Assembly (NCBI GenBank): GCA_036504095.1 | Contig: DASXVS010000032.1 | Span: 18,690-82,689 of the forward strand | Direction of reading: 5' to 3' | From: Armatimonadota bacterium | Lineage (GTDB): Bacteria > Armatimonadota > DTGP01 > JAKQQT01 | Length of the DNA: 64,000 nucleotides | Part shown: positions 1 through 9,957 of the stretch, piece after piece | Layout of the letters: each line of letters opens with the position of its first letter | Numbering within the stretch: position 1 is the stretch's first letter | Program-made: the position numbers and the translations under genes | Notes under the pieces: model-generated | Database searches by the model: none | The model's input: the letters and a program-made list of their open reading frames with translations, nothing else | What the model was told of the DNA's origin: nothing

Positions 1-567
1 TCCATCGACGAAACCGCAAACCCCGCCACAGCCGGCTCGGATCACAACCTGACAACCCGATGGGGTACGGACCTGGGCGCACAGGTTCGACCGGGAGTTG
101 GCAGCACCATGTCGTTTGTGTACGACCTCGGTACCCCGAAGACGTTCAACCAGGCGAACATAATCTGGGAATACGGCTTCGGAGGCTGGTACCTGATCGA
201 GACATCGGCTGACGCCACCAACTGGACCACCATCCTGACCAATCACTCCAACTACAGCGGCTACACGCTTGGTGCGGGCAAGTTCGTTGACGTTCAGACC
301 CTGCCGTTGACGACAGCGCAATATGTGCGCATCCACGTCGAGTGGAATGAAACGCAGTGGACGAGTATCTGGGAGCTCCAACTTGCGAACGTCACGGCTA
401 ATCCGCCGGTGCCGTTCACCCTCACCAAACAAGCCCTGAAGATCGCTGCCGGCCTTTTGAAGGCCGCCAGCACGGACATGACCCCGCTCAACGTGGTTAC
501 CACCGGCACGTCCGCCACCGTCATCGATATGGCGGATGTCGTCGCACTTGCCAAGCAGGCCAAGTAA
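1..567 (+). CDS. C-terminal fragment of a secreted F5/8 type C (discoidin) domain protein. It is 5'-partial and continues upstream of the window.
   Basis: Frame 1 is open from nt 1 with no stop and reads SIDETANPATAGSDHNLTTRWGTDLGAQV... into the listed ORF 109..567. The pattern W..DLG...WEYGF...YVRIHVEWNETQW is typical of galactose-binding-like discoidin domains. Confidence 0.6.
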   Translation, partial: SIDETANPATAGSDHNLTTRWGTDLGAQVRPGVGSTMSFVYDLGTPKTFNQANIIWEYGFGGWYLIETSADATNWTTILTNHSNYSGYTLGAGKFVDVQTLPLTTAQYVRIHVEWNETQWTSIWELQLANVTANPPVPFTLTKQALKIAAGLLKAASTDMTPLNVVTTGTSATVIDMADVVALAKQAK

Positions 568-680
568 ACGAGCCTCGGCCACCCGGAGGGGCCCATCAGG
601 GTCCCTCCGGGGAAGACGTGAAAACGCGCCGCCCGGTTGGGTGGCGCGTTTTCACGTCTGAAGCCTGCCGCGGGCGGCGC

Positions 681-1757
681 TCAGCGCGGCGGAATCCCGC
701 AGGAGGCTCGAACGATCAGCGTGGGCTCCAGAACATGGTCGATCACATCCGGAACGCCGCCGTCGAGAAGCGACTGCAATGCCTCAATGGCGTATTGGCC
801 CTGCTCCCTGCGGGGGTGGCGGACCGTAGTAAGCGCCGGCTCTATACTGGCGGCTTCGCCGATGTCATCGTAACCACAGATGGATAGATCGTGCGGGACG
901 GCCACGCCGGTGCGCTTGCAGTGCGTCAACAGGTGCATCGCCAGATAGTCCGAGCTGCAGACGATGGCGGTCGGTCGCGACGCGAGCGACATCAAGGCGT
1001 CCATGGCCCGGGCGTGTTCGGCGGCATCCACCGGGTCCGTTTCGCGGATGAGAACCGGGTCAATGGGCAGGCGGTTCTGAGCCAGCCCGCGTCTGTATCC
1101 CAGCATGCGCGGCTCGAACCAGGCGGAGGTTGTCGGTCCCACATAAGCGATCCGCGTATGACCCATTTGGGCGAGATAGTTCGCCGCCAGAAAACCGCCC
1201 TGCTCCATGTCAACGCGTACGCAGGGGTGCCCTGGCGCGGGTGAGTTCACGAGCACGAAGGGAGCGTGGTGTTGCTGCGCGTAGCGTACACCCATCTCGT
1301 AATCCATCGGATTCAGGCCCACGATCAGATAGCCGGTATTCGGGGGCGGGGGTGGCAGGTTGTCGAAACCGTTGGTGGACACCTTTTCCACATTGCATCC
1401 CGCCTCGGTCGCCGCGACAGTGATTCCGGCAAGGATGTCATAGGTCTCGTGGTACCACTCGATCGGGGTTTTCTGCAGGTCCGCGCCGCCGATGAAGAGC
1501 ACGCGCACGGACATGGTCGCGAGGCGCTTGATGGCAAACGTGCCCTGGCCGCGGCCGCGGCGCTTGATGATGAGGCCCTTGCGCTGAAGATCGGCCAGCG
1601 CGCGTCGCACGGTTGCGCTGCTGACGCCGTACATCACGCACAGGTCGGGCAGGGACGGCAGCCGATCCAGATACCGGATCTCTCCGGTATCGATCTTCCG
1701 CTCCAGATCATCGTAAACCATCTGATAAAGTGTTTCTGCGCCGCGCAGTTCAACCAT
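681..1757 (-). CDS. AraR-like transcriptional regulator: GntR-type winged-helix N-terminus fused to a LacI/PBP-type sugar-binding domain.
   Basis: The N-terminus LPSLPDLCVMYGVSSATVRRALADLQRKGLIIKRRGRGTFA is a GntR HTH. The C-terminal ~270 aa resemble a LacI-family periplasmic-binding-fold effector domain (VLFIGG... SICGYDD). The architecture matches B. subtilis AraR. Confidence 0.7.
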   Translation of the reverse strand: MVELRGAETLYQMVYDDLERKIDTGEIRYLDRLPSLPDLCVMYGVSSATVRRALADLQRKGLIIKRRGRGQGTFAIKRLATMSVRVLFIGGADLQKTPIEWYHETYDILAGITVAATEAGCNVEKVSTNGFDNLPPPPPNTGYLIVGLNPMDYEMGVRYAQQHHAPFVLVNSPAPGHPCVRVDMEQGGFLAANYLAQMGHTRIAYVGPTTSAWFEPRMLGYRRGLAQNRLPIDPVLIRETDPVDAAEHARAMDALMSLASRPTAIVCSSDYLAMHLLTHCKRTGVAVPHDLSICGYDDIGEAASIEPALTTVRHPRREQGQYAIEALQSLLDGGVPDVIDHVLEPTLIVRASCGIPPR

Positions 1758-1987
1758 TTTGACACATCCAGTTAATTCTGCATTCAGTTTAAGTGAAGTG
1801 CTAGGATGAAATCAACGAAATCGGTGGGAGCCCCTGCGACTCCTGGTCTTGGGCCGCCCGCCGGCGACCCCGGCAACCGGCTTCGATTCCTGCAAACGGC
1901 GCGCATGTACCGGGCGCCGCACGGAGGCTTGGCGCATCCAACCGCGTCACTACGCTCCCACAATGGCCGTGGAGGGCCATCGTTCTC

Positions 1988-4798
1988 ATGAATGACCAAA
2001 CGAAACGGCAGGCTATGCCGCGCAGAGAGTTCCTCGGCTCCGCCGCCAAAACGATGGGCGCGGCCGCCTTGTCCGGAATAGCGGCATCCTCAGGCGCCGC
2101 AGCGCCGGTGTCCGCAGCTCGGCGCGAAGCCGGATTACCCGCCGATAACGCCGACGGTACGGCAATCTTCTGCCGCCCCGACCATGAAAGCGGGATCCCG
2201 CTGGGTGGGATCGGCGCCGGAAGCATCGAAATCCGTCCCGATGGCTATTTTCACGACTGGCTGATCTTCAATAACGGCGGCTGGGCCGGCGGACAGCCCG
2301 ATCACGAACGCGGCGGAGGTCCGGGCATGCCGCCGTCAGCCTTCAGTTTTCTCCTTCGAACGCGCCAGGGCGGCGCGGAACCACAGGTCCGCCGACTAGG
2401 CGTTCGTCCGGACCAGAACGAGCTCTACTCCCGTTCATGGGTGCAAAGCGTAGAGGCGATCCGGTATGACGGCCGATTCCCTGCGGCAACGCTTACATAT
2501 GTGGACGGTACTTTGCCGGTAGAGGTGACAGGCGTTTTCTTCTCACCGTTCACGCCCCACGATGCCCGCGCCAGCGGCACCCCGGGGTTTCACGCGGTAT
2601 TCCGGGTGAAGAACCGGTCCCGTAAGCGCGTCGAAGTCTCGCTGCTGGGCACGCTTCGCAATCCCCTCGCGTGGGGCGCGGCGGACCGGAAACTGCACAA
2701 TGCCGTTCGCGAGGATGGCGGTACCACGTTCCTGACGATGCGCACCGATGCGGATTCCCCGCGTAAGGCGACACTGGGCTCCATCGGCCTCTCGGTAACG
2801 GGCGGTAAATCGAGCTGGATCGCCGGGGAGTTCGAAGACTATCTCAGCAACGGCGGCTGGCTATCCACCCGACAGGGCAGCACCGTGCCGTCATTCCTCA
2901 CGGATTTTCGCGAACAGGGCCGGCTGCCCCGCCTGTCGGGGGCGGAAACTCCGCAGAGCCTGCTGAAGATGAACAATCAGCAGATCGCCGGCCTTCAGCT
3001 CGACGAGAAGAAGGCGCTGGCCGAGCGCCTGTGCGCGTACGCTTCCTTCGCGGCCGCCCGGCGGCGCGTTGAGCGGGTCATGGGAGACGCCCTGGCCACC
3101 CCCGAATCCCTCACAACGTTTCTCCAGGAGTGTGCCGCCGCGCTGAACGCGTGGTCGGGTGAAGACCGCGCGCGCCAGGACTGGGGCGCCGGCGCTCTTT
3201 GCTCCACGCTGACTCTTGCGGCCGGCGAGGAGCGCGAGATCCGCTTCACTCTGGGATGGCATTTCCCGCACCACTTCAGCGAGACGGACGCGGAGATGGG
3301 CCATCAGTACGAGGCCTGGTTTGACGACGCCGAAGCCGTGAACCGCTTCCTCGTGCGCCAATACGACGCTCAACGCTCGCAATCGCTGGGATTTGCCAAC
3401 GCCATGTTCGATACCACACTCGGGACAGCCATGGCCATGGCGTGGTCCGCCCAACTCTCCACACTGGTCAAATGCACGTGGTGGACGCGCGACGGCCGGT
3501 TCGCCGTGTGGGAGGGGCTCGGCTGCTGCGGCTTCCACACCACCGACATCACCTACCAGGGCTCGTTCGGCATCCTCGCGCTCTTCCCGGAACTCCAGAA
3601 GGGCCAGATGAAGATGGGCGCGGAGTTCCAGCGCGCCGACGGACGCGTTCACCACTTCTTCACCCCGGACCTCTTCCACGTGGACAACGGGTTCGACAGG
3701 GTGGATATGAACCCGCAGTTTGTCATGCTCGTATGTCGCGACTTCTTGTGGACCGGCGACAAGCAGTACCTTGCCGCCATGTGGCCGCACGTTCAGCGGG
3801 CGATGGCCAGCACGGCGCTTCTGGACGGCGATGGCGATGGGCTGCCCGACCGCGATACGCGGCGCAACACCTACGACCAGTGGAATTTCTCCGGCACCCC
3901 GGCCTATATCGCCAGCCTGTGGCTCGGAGCCCTTCGCGCAGGCGTGCGGATCGCTACCGAAATCGGAGATGACGCAACCGCCCGCAAATGGGATGACGGC
4001 TTGCAACGGGGCATGGCCAGTTTCCACAAGACCCTGTGGAATGGCGAGTATTACAGCCTGCAGGTGGCATCCGATCATCGCGACGAGTGCTGCATGTCCG
4101 ATCAGTTGAGCGGCGAGTGGTTCACCCACCTGATGGGTGTTGGTCCCGGAATGCCCGACAAGAGGGTGGTCGCCGCGTTGACCGCCATCGTCCGGCGCAA
4201 TTTCACGCCGGAACAGGGCCTCGTGAACGCTTCGTTCCCGGACGCCAGGCCCGCGTACTTCGCCACGTATCAAAACGCCCAGGCGACGGCGAACTGGACA
4301 GGCATTGAGTACGCGGTGGCGTCCATGCTCATCGACTACGGCCTCGTCGCGGAAGGCAGGAGGATCGTGGAGAGCGTGCACCAACGCTACCTCCGGGCCG
4401 GCCGAATTTGGAATCACACGGAGTGCGGTGACCATTACTATCGCGCGATGAGTAGTTGGGCCGTCCTGCTGGCGGCCACCGGCTTCAAGGTCGATGCCTC
4501 CGTGGGGATGCTGACGATCGCGCCGCCGCGCCGCCAGGCCGAAATCCGGGCGCCCTGGGTTTCCTCGACCGCGTGGGGCGCGATGGTTCAGAAGCCGCGT
4601 CGGTTGGATGTTTCGCTCCATAGCGGTGAACTGGCGCTGGAACGCCTGCGCGTGTCACTGACCGGCAGCGGCATACGGGTTCGCGTAAACGGCAAGCCGG
4701 TAGCAGCGACGGTGGCGGTCCAGGACGGTCTGACGACGCTTCGCTTTGCCGCGCCGATTCGGTTGCGATCGGGCGATACGATCGTTGTGACTGCATAG
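1988..4798 (+). CDS. Secreted glycoside hydrolase family 116-like enzyme (GBA2-type beta-glucosidase fold). Carries a Tat-type signal.
   Basis: The N-terminus RREFLGSAAKTMGAAALSG is a twin-arginine signal. The motif GIPLGGIGAGSIEIRPDGYFHDWLIFNN matches the GH116 N-terminal domain, and the ~900-aa length fits GH116 with a C-terminal (alpha/alpha)6 region. Confidence 0.6.
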   Translation: MNDQTKRQAMPRREFLGSAAKTMGAAALSGIAASSGAAAPVSAARREAGLPADNADGTAIFCRPDHESGIPLGGIGAGSIEIRPDGYFHDWLIFNNGGWAGGQPDHERGGGPGMPPSAFSFLLRTRQGGAEPQVRRLGVRPDQNELYSRSWVQSVEAIRYDGRFPAATLTYVDGTLPVEVTGVFFSPFTPHDARASGTPGFHAVFRVKNRSRKRVEVSLLGTLRNPLAWGAADRKLHNAVREDGGTTFLTMRTDADSPRKATLGSIGLSVTGGKSSWIAGEFEDYLSNGGWLSTRQGSTVPSFLTDFREQGRLPRLSGAETPQSLLKMNNQQIAGLQLDEKKALAERLCAYASFAAARRRVERVMGDALATPESLTTFLQECAAALNAWSGEDRARQDWGAGALCSTLTLAAGEEREIRFTLGWHFPHHFSETDAEMGHQYEAWFDDAEAVNRFLVRQYDAQRSQSLGFANAMFDTTLGTAMAMAWSAQLSTLVKCTWWTRDGRFAVWEGLGCCGFHTTDITYQGSFGILALFPELQKGQMKMGAEFQRADGRVHHFFTPDLFHVDNGFDRVDMNPQFVMLVCRDFLWTGDKQYLAAMWPHVQRAMASTALLDGDGDGLPDRDTRRNTYDQWNFSGTPAYIASLWLGALRAGVRIATEIGDDATARKWDDGLQRGMASFHKTLWNGEYYSLQVASDHRDECCMSDQLSGEWFTHLMGVGPGMPDKRVVAALTAIVRRNFTPEQGLVNASFPDARPAYFATYQNAQATANWTGIEYAVASMLIDYGLVAEGRRIVESVHQRYLRAGRIWNHTECGDHYYRAMSSWAVLLAATGFKVDASVGMLTIAPPRRQAEIRAPWVSSTAWGAMVQKPRRLDVSLHSGELALERLRVSLTGSGIRVRVNGKPVAATVAVQDGLTTLRFAAPIRLRSGDTIVVTA

Positions 4799-4983
4799 AG
4801 CGGCCGGGCGGCGTCCCAATGGGACACCAGCGGAACGCCGCCCGGAATTCGCGCCGCCGCAGGCCGGGTACCAATGCCTTTGCCCGGACGGCCCATTGCG
4901 CGTTCATAATGCTTTGGGGGGCCGGCGAAAACCGGCCTGTCGTGGGTGATCTGCCAAGGCCGGAATGAGTCCGGCGCCTGAGC

Positions 4984-7425
4984 ATGCGGACCCCTCATCA
5001 AACTGGAGCCCTAATGAAAGCACCCTCAAGGCGCCGTCCCGGCCGGATCGCGGCCGGCCTTCCGTTGCTGGCCGCAGTGTTCTTCCTCGTGTCCGTTCGG
5101 GCGCAGGCGCAGGTGGCTTATGCATCGCGCTTCGCGACCGGCGCCGGGCCGGAATGGTCCAGCCCTAGAACGGAAAAAGCGCCGAACGGCTCCACCACAT
5201 ACCTGGGCCGGTTCAGCAACGAATCCGTGCGCCTCTCCCTGTCATCGCTTCCCGCGCATACCTACGCCGCCGTCACGTTCGACGCATACGCCATACAGAA
5301 CTGGGACGGCAACGGCGCATTGAACGGCCCGGATATGTTCACGGTCCAGGTAGCGGACGGCCTTACGCTCCTCCAGACGAGCTTCAGCAACACGGCAACG
5401 CATCAATCCTATCCCGAGGTCTGCCCCTACAGCGATTACGCACCGCGGACGGGCTACTCCTGGGCCAACAGCCTGGGCTTCGCCTCGCCGGGTGACACGG
5501 CCTATCGGATCACGCGGACCTTTCCGCACCGAGGCGACAGCCTGGCGCTGGATTTCGCCGTTCAGGGCTTGTCCGGGACCGCGAGTTGGGCGCTCGGAAA
5601 CGTACGGGTAACCCTCTACTCCACCGACCCGGGAAGCACGCTCAGCAACGGGGATTTCGAGCTTCCGGCAGTAAGCTCCTCCGGCACGTACAGCCCGCCC
5701 TCCACCCTGTCCGGATGGGCGGTGGCCTCCGGAACCGTCACCTTGCGGAAGGCGTGGCAGACCGTGAGCGGGGAGCAGTGCATCGACCTCTCCGGCGCCA
5801 TCCAGCAGGATATCCCGGTATCTCCCAACCAGCAGTACGACCTGCGGTTCAGCCTCTCCGGCAATCCGCTCACCACGCCGGCGGTGAAACAGGTGCAGGT
5901 GCTATGGGGGACGGCTGTTCTCGACACCCTCTCCTTTGATACCACGGGCCATACCATGCAGAGCCTTGGGTGGCAGCCACACCAATACCTCGTCGTTGCC
6001 CCGGCGTCCGGGAGCACCGTCAGGCTGACGTTCCAGCCCGTCACGGCGGGGACCAGCGGGCCAATGCTGGATGGAGTCTCGGTGAGTCCCGTCACGCCGG
6101 GTGACGTGAACGATGACGGCGTGACGGATATTCAGGATACCGTCGCCACTGCGAGGCTGCTCACGGGTCTCAACGGGTCCGACCCGCTTGCGCGCACGCG
6201 GGCGGACGTCTACCCGTACACAGGCACGGCCGGCCATCAGCACGGCGATGGCGCGCTCTCCTTCTCCGACGTGTTGACATCGCTCAGGCTGGCGAGCGGC
6301 GGAGTGGGCTATCTGGACGTCGCCCAGGCAGCCGTGAATGACCTTTACACGCATTTCTGGGTAGGAACCGCCGCAACGGGTCACGTATTGCCCACTTGGG
6401 GCGGGCAGTACAACACCAGTTTCCCGAACGGGAGCATGTGGGAACACGCCCAGATGCTCCGGACACTGATGGACCTTTACCGGGTCGCGCCGGATCCGGT
6501 GCTGCTGCAGAGGATCACCAGCGACTGGTCGTGGGTGTTGGGCAAATTCAGCGCGGCCACCCTCACCAGCGTTGGCGCCGGCACGAACATGAACTGGTCG
6601 GACGACGCCGGGTGGTCCATGCTCATGTACCTGGATGTCTACCGCGCCAACCACAACGCCGCCGCGCTTACCGACGCGCAGAATCTGTTCAACAACTGTT
6701 ACGCGCGGTGGGCGGACAGCACGTACGGGGGAGGCTTGTGGTACACCGACGAGCACCTCCAGAAATCGGTCTACCAGATCGCCCAGATCCTGGCCGGGCT
6801 GCGTCTGTACGACATCACAGGCACGACGTCCTACAAGGATAAAGCCGTGTTGCTCTACAACTGGGTCGCCTCCCACCTCGAGCGGGGAACCGGCCTCTAT
6901 TACGTTGATTACAACGTGAACGGACCCGCCAGGAACAACGCGCCGCCCAGACAGGCCAGCAGCGACACGATGCTGGCGGGAAACATGGCGATGGCGGTAG
7001 CGGCTGCCCGCCTGTACCGCGCCACGAATGACGTAACGTACCTGAACAAGGCCATCCTCACCGCCAATGCCATTCTGGCGGTCGAGAACGACGGCGGCGG
7101 CCTGCTGATGAACGACCGGGACGCCAACGTGGAAGGGTTTTACATGGCGGACTGGGTCGCGGAAGTGCTCACGCTGCCGGGTATCGGGCCGGAACACGCC
7201 GACGCCCTACGCCGTACCGCCTCATCGATCTACACGGCGGCCCGCACGCCGGACGGCTATTACAGCGGCAACTGGAGCGGCCCCGCGCAGGGCCCGCTCG
7301 CCGTATGGGGCTCGGGAACCAGCTTCATACCGCAGCAGATCGTCATCAGCTCCAACTCGGTGCACGTCATCGTCGGAGCGGCCGGCATCGGCGTCCTCCG
7401 TCCCGAGCCGGCAAGAGCGTTCTAG
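4984..7425 (+). CDS. Secreted multidomain protein: signal peptide, DUF642 carbohydrate-binding-like domain, internal dockerin-like calcium-binding repeats, and a C-terminal GH76-like (alpha/alpha)6 glycoside hydrolase domain.
   Basis: Hydrophobic N-terminus. DUF642-like SNGDFELP...SGWAVASGTVTL...EQCIDLSG. Dockerin-like GDVNDDGVTDIQD...HGDGALSFSDVLTSLRLASG. The C-terminus (HFWVGTA...NWSDDAGWSMLMYLD...) resembles alpha-1,6-mannanase GH76. Confidence 0.55.
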   Translation: MRTPHQTGALMKAPSRRRPGRIAAGLPLLAAVFFLVSVRAQAQVAYASRFATGAGPEWSSPRTEKAPNGSTTYLGRFSNESVRLSLSSLPAHTYAAVTFDAYAIQNWDGNGALNGPDMFTVQVADGLTLLQTSFSNTATHQSYPEVCPYSDYAPRTGYSWANSLGFASPGDTAYRITRTFPHRGDSLALDFAVQGLSGTASWALGNVRVTLYSTDPGSTLSNGDFELPAVSSSGTYSPPSTLSGWAVASGTVTLRKAWQTVSGEQCIDLSGAIQQDIPVSPNQQYDLRFSLSGNPLTTPAVKQVQVLWGTAVLDTLSFDTTGHTMQSLGWQPHQYLVVAPASGSTVRLTFQPVTAGTSGPMLDGVSVSPVTPGDVNDDGVTDIQDTVATARLLTGLNGSDPLARTRADVYPYTGTAGHQHGDGALSFSDVLTSLRLASGGVGYLDVAQAAVNDLYTHFWVGTAATGHVLPTWGGQYNTSFPNGSMWEHAQMLRTLMDLYRVAPDPVLLQRITSDWSWVLGKFSAATLTSVGAGTNMNWSDDAGWSMLMYLDVYRANHNAAALTDAQNLFNNCYARWADSTYGGGLWYTDEHLQKSVYQIAQILAGLRLYDITGTTSYKDKAVLLYNWVASHLERGTGLYYVDYNVNGPARNNAPPRQASSDTMLAGNMAMAVAAARLYRATNDVTYLNKAILTANAILAVENDGGGLLMNDRDANVEGFYMADWVAEVLTLPGIGPEHADALRRTASSIYTAARTPDGYYSGNWSGPAQGPLAVWGSGTSFIPQQIVISSNSVHVIVGAAGIGVLRPEPARAF

Positions 7426-7583
7426 GCATCGGCGCGCTTCGGTTCCCGGCCATCAGTAGGGCCATAATCCGGCCTATTCACCCGTTGCGTCCGCAGGCTG
7501 TTGTCTGATAACATCGAAACACATACGATCCGCAAGCTGATTACCGGCTTCGGAATCCGCGCCATGCGCAAAGGAGCACATGC

Positions 7584-8699
7584 ATGTTATCACTCTCCAG
7601 GGTTCAACGAATCCTCCTCGCAGCGTCCGCGGGTCTTTCCGCGACAGTGGTCTTTGCCGCGCCTCCCGCGGGGTGGGAGGCCCATCCGCCGCATCACGTG
7701 AAATCGAACGCCACTTCCGGTCCCACGGGGTTCACTCCTCTCCAGATCTGGACCGCGTACGGGATCAAAGGAGACGGAAAGGGCCAGACGATTGCCATCG
7801 TAGACGCCTACGACGACCCCAGCGCTCTCAGTGACGTCAATGTATTCAGCACGACGTTCAGCAGCCCCCTTCCACAGTTCAACGTCGGCGGGCCTACTTT
7901 CACAAAGGCCACCCCGCAAGGCAAACCGCGAACCGATTCCGGATGGGCGCTCGAAATCTCGCTCGACGTTCAGTGGGCGCATGCGATAGCGCCCCAGGCC
8001 AATATCCTTCTGGTGGAGGCCAAGTCGGCCAGTTTCGCGAACCTGCTCTCCGCGTGTGACTATGCCGTCGCACACGGCGCCGGAGTCGTATCCTGCAGTT
8101 GGGGCGGTGGCGAGTTCAGCAGCGAAACGCAGTACGACTCTCATTTCAACAGGACCGGCGTCAGCTTTACGGTTTCATCCGGTGACAGCGGAGCAGGGGC
8201 GCAGTACCCCGCGGCCTCCCCGTACGTTGTTGCGGTGGGCGGAACCACGCTGATCACACAGTCGGGCGGTACATACGTCAGCGAATCGGGTTGGAGCGGC
8301 AGCGGCGGCGGGACCAGCGCATATGAAGCGGTCCCGTCGTTCCAGTCATCGCTCCGGTACGGGCGCCGGAGCATCCCGGACGTGGCCTTGGTGGCGGACC
8401 CGAACACGGGTGTCTCGGTTTACGACACCACGGGTTACAACGGGCAGAAGGGCTGGTTCACCGTAGGAGGCACGAGCGCCGGCGCGCCGATGTGGGCCGG
8501 CATCATCGCCATCGCCAATTCCCAGCGCGCCAGCACGCTCAACGGCGTCAACACGGCCTTGTACAGTCTGAGTGGCACCGACTTCCACGATATCACATCC
8601 GGCAGCAACGGCCTGCCCACCGGCGCCGGCTACGACCAGGTGACCGGCATCGGCAGCCCGAAGGCGGATCTCCTTATCCCGCACCTCGCGGCCTACTGA
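7584..8699 (+). CDS. S53 (sedolisin/kumamolisin-like) serine-carboxyl peptidase, catalytic domain only.
   Basis: Signal peptide, then a mature-type start (TPLQIWTAYGI...GQTIAIVDAYDDP). E/D motif ALEISLDVQW. The GGTSAGAPMWAG serine motif is typical of the S8/S53 clan. No ~190-aa propeptide precedes it. Confidence 0.75.
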   Translation: MLSLSRVQRILLAASAGLSATVVFAAPPAGWEAHPPHHVKSNATSGPTGFTPLQIWTAYGIKGDGKGQTIAIVDAYDDPSALSDVNVFSTTFSSPLPQFNVGGPTFTKATPQGKPRTDSGWALEISLDVQWAHAIAPQANILLVEAKSASFANLLSACDYAVAHGAGVVSCSWGGGEFSSETQYDSHFNRTGVSFTVSSGDSGAGAQYPAASPYVVAVGGTTLITQSGGTYVSESGWSGSGGGTSAYEAVPSFQSSLRYGRRSIPDVALVADPNTGVSVYDTTGYNGQKGWFTVGGTSAGAPMWAGIIAIANSQRASTLNGVNTALYSLSGTDFHDITSGSNGLPTGAGYDQVTGIGSPKADLLIPHLAAY

Positions 8700-8772
8700 A
8701 TCCGTGAGGATGGACAGGGCCGCCGGAACCTCTTCCGGCGGCCCTGACTCCATTGTGCCGAAACCGCGCACT

Positions 8773-9957
8773 CTATCGGCTGATGGTTGACAGCTCCCGC
8801 TCAAGCCGGCGAACAAGAATGCCCCAGTCGTAGCGCTCCTCCACCAACGCGCGCGCGGAGCGTGCCAGAGAGGCGGCCAGCGCGTCGTCGCGCAGTATCT
8901 GCAAGATGCTCTCCGCGAAGTCGGATGAGGTATCGGCGATGAGAAGGTGCTCCCTGTCGCGGGTTTCGAGCCCCTCGGCGCCCAGCGACGTGGATACGAC
9001 GGGGCGCCCCGCCGCCATCGCTTCCAGAATCTTCAGGCGTGTGCCGCCGCCCGATAGCAGCGGGACGATGCAGACGCGCGCCGCGTCGAAGTACGGCTGC
9101 ACTTTCGGCACCAGACCCGTAACGGTGACGGGGCCGCCGTGATGGGCGGTAACCGCCTCCGAAGGCGCCTGCCCCACGATGGCCAGCGTGGCATCCGGGT
9201 TGCCGGCGCGTACCAGAGGCCAGACGTCGTTCAGAAAGTACAGGATGCCTTCCTCGTTTGGCTGATAGTTCATCGTGCCCGTGAAGAGGATGCGAGGCAA
9301 CTGGGGGATCGGAACGGGATCGTAAGCGCCGGTATCCACACCGTTGTCTATGTTGACGACGTTGGGATGGGCGAACAGGCGGATGACTTCCTCGCGCTCT
9401 TTGGAGGAGACGGGAAAGACGGCGGCGCAACGTTCGAACACGCTCCGTTCATAGGCCAGCATCTTTTCCCATTGGATCCGGTCGGCTTCCTCGCCCGATC
9501 GCTCCCACGCGCGTTGCTGCACCAGCGTTTCCAGGTTCCAGAGGTCCACGGCCGCCGCCACGTTGAGGCCGGCCGGCAGGAATTGGCCCATCATCGAGGT
9601 GATCACATAGACCGCATCGTACCGCGCCGTAGAAAGGGCTTCGTCCATCCGCGCCTGCATCTCCTCCGATTCGAAGTAGGCCGGCAGAAGCGGCAGATCG
9701 GATGCGCGCTCCACGTCCTCAGGGTCAGCCCCTTCATACAGCGCGGCGTACACCGGTGGCATGGTCCATAGCACAGGCGTAATTCCGGCCCACTGCCGCA
9801 CATCCTTCAGAAGTTTCCGCTCTGAAGGATCGTGAAGAAAGCAGAGGATGTCGAGCGTGTGCCGTTCGGCCAGGCCGCGGAGCAGATGGTAGGCGCGGAG
9901 TTTGCCGCCCCCCACGGGCGGATAGGGAAGCTCCGGGGCCAGGACGAGGATCCTCAT
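8773..9957 (-). CDS. Glycosyltransferase family 4 (GT-B fold).
   Basis: MRILVLAPELPYPPVGGGKLRAYHLL... and C-terminal EAMAAGRPVVSTSLGAEGLE are GT4 hallmarks. The listed 608-aa ORF carries an Arg-rich N-terminal extension that I reject. The start at MRIL overlaps the upstream stop as ATGA. Confidence 0.85.
   Translation of the reverse strand: MRILVLAPELPYPPVGGGKLRAYHLLRGLAERHTLDILCFLHDPSERKLLKDVRQWAGITPVLWTMPPVYAALYEGADPEDVERASDLPLLPAYFESEEMQARMDEALSTARYDAVYVITSMMGQFLPAGLNVAAAVDLWNLETLVQQRAWERSGEEADRIQWEKMLAYERSVFERCAAVFPVSSKEREEVIRLFAHPNVVNIDNGVDTGAYDPVPIPQLPRILFTGTMNYQPNEEGILYFLNDVWPLVRAGNPDATLAIVGQAPSEAVTAHHGGPVTVTGLVPKVQPYFDAARVCIVPLLSGGGTRLKILEAMAAGRPVVSTSLGAEGLETRDREHLLIADTSSDFAESILQILRDDALAASLARSARALVEERYDWGILVRRLERELSTISR

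Noticed and set aside
2891-4621. 576-aa minus-strand ORF antisense to the GH116-like gene
   Set aside because: The product is Arg/Pro/Gly-rich and has no motifs. It lies entirely inside a well-supported plus-strand gene. This is a typical high-GC shadow ORF.
5902-7197. 431-aa minus-strand ORF inside the DUF642-GH76 gene
   Set aside because: Shadow frame of a gene with clear domain content on the plus strand.
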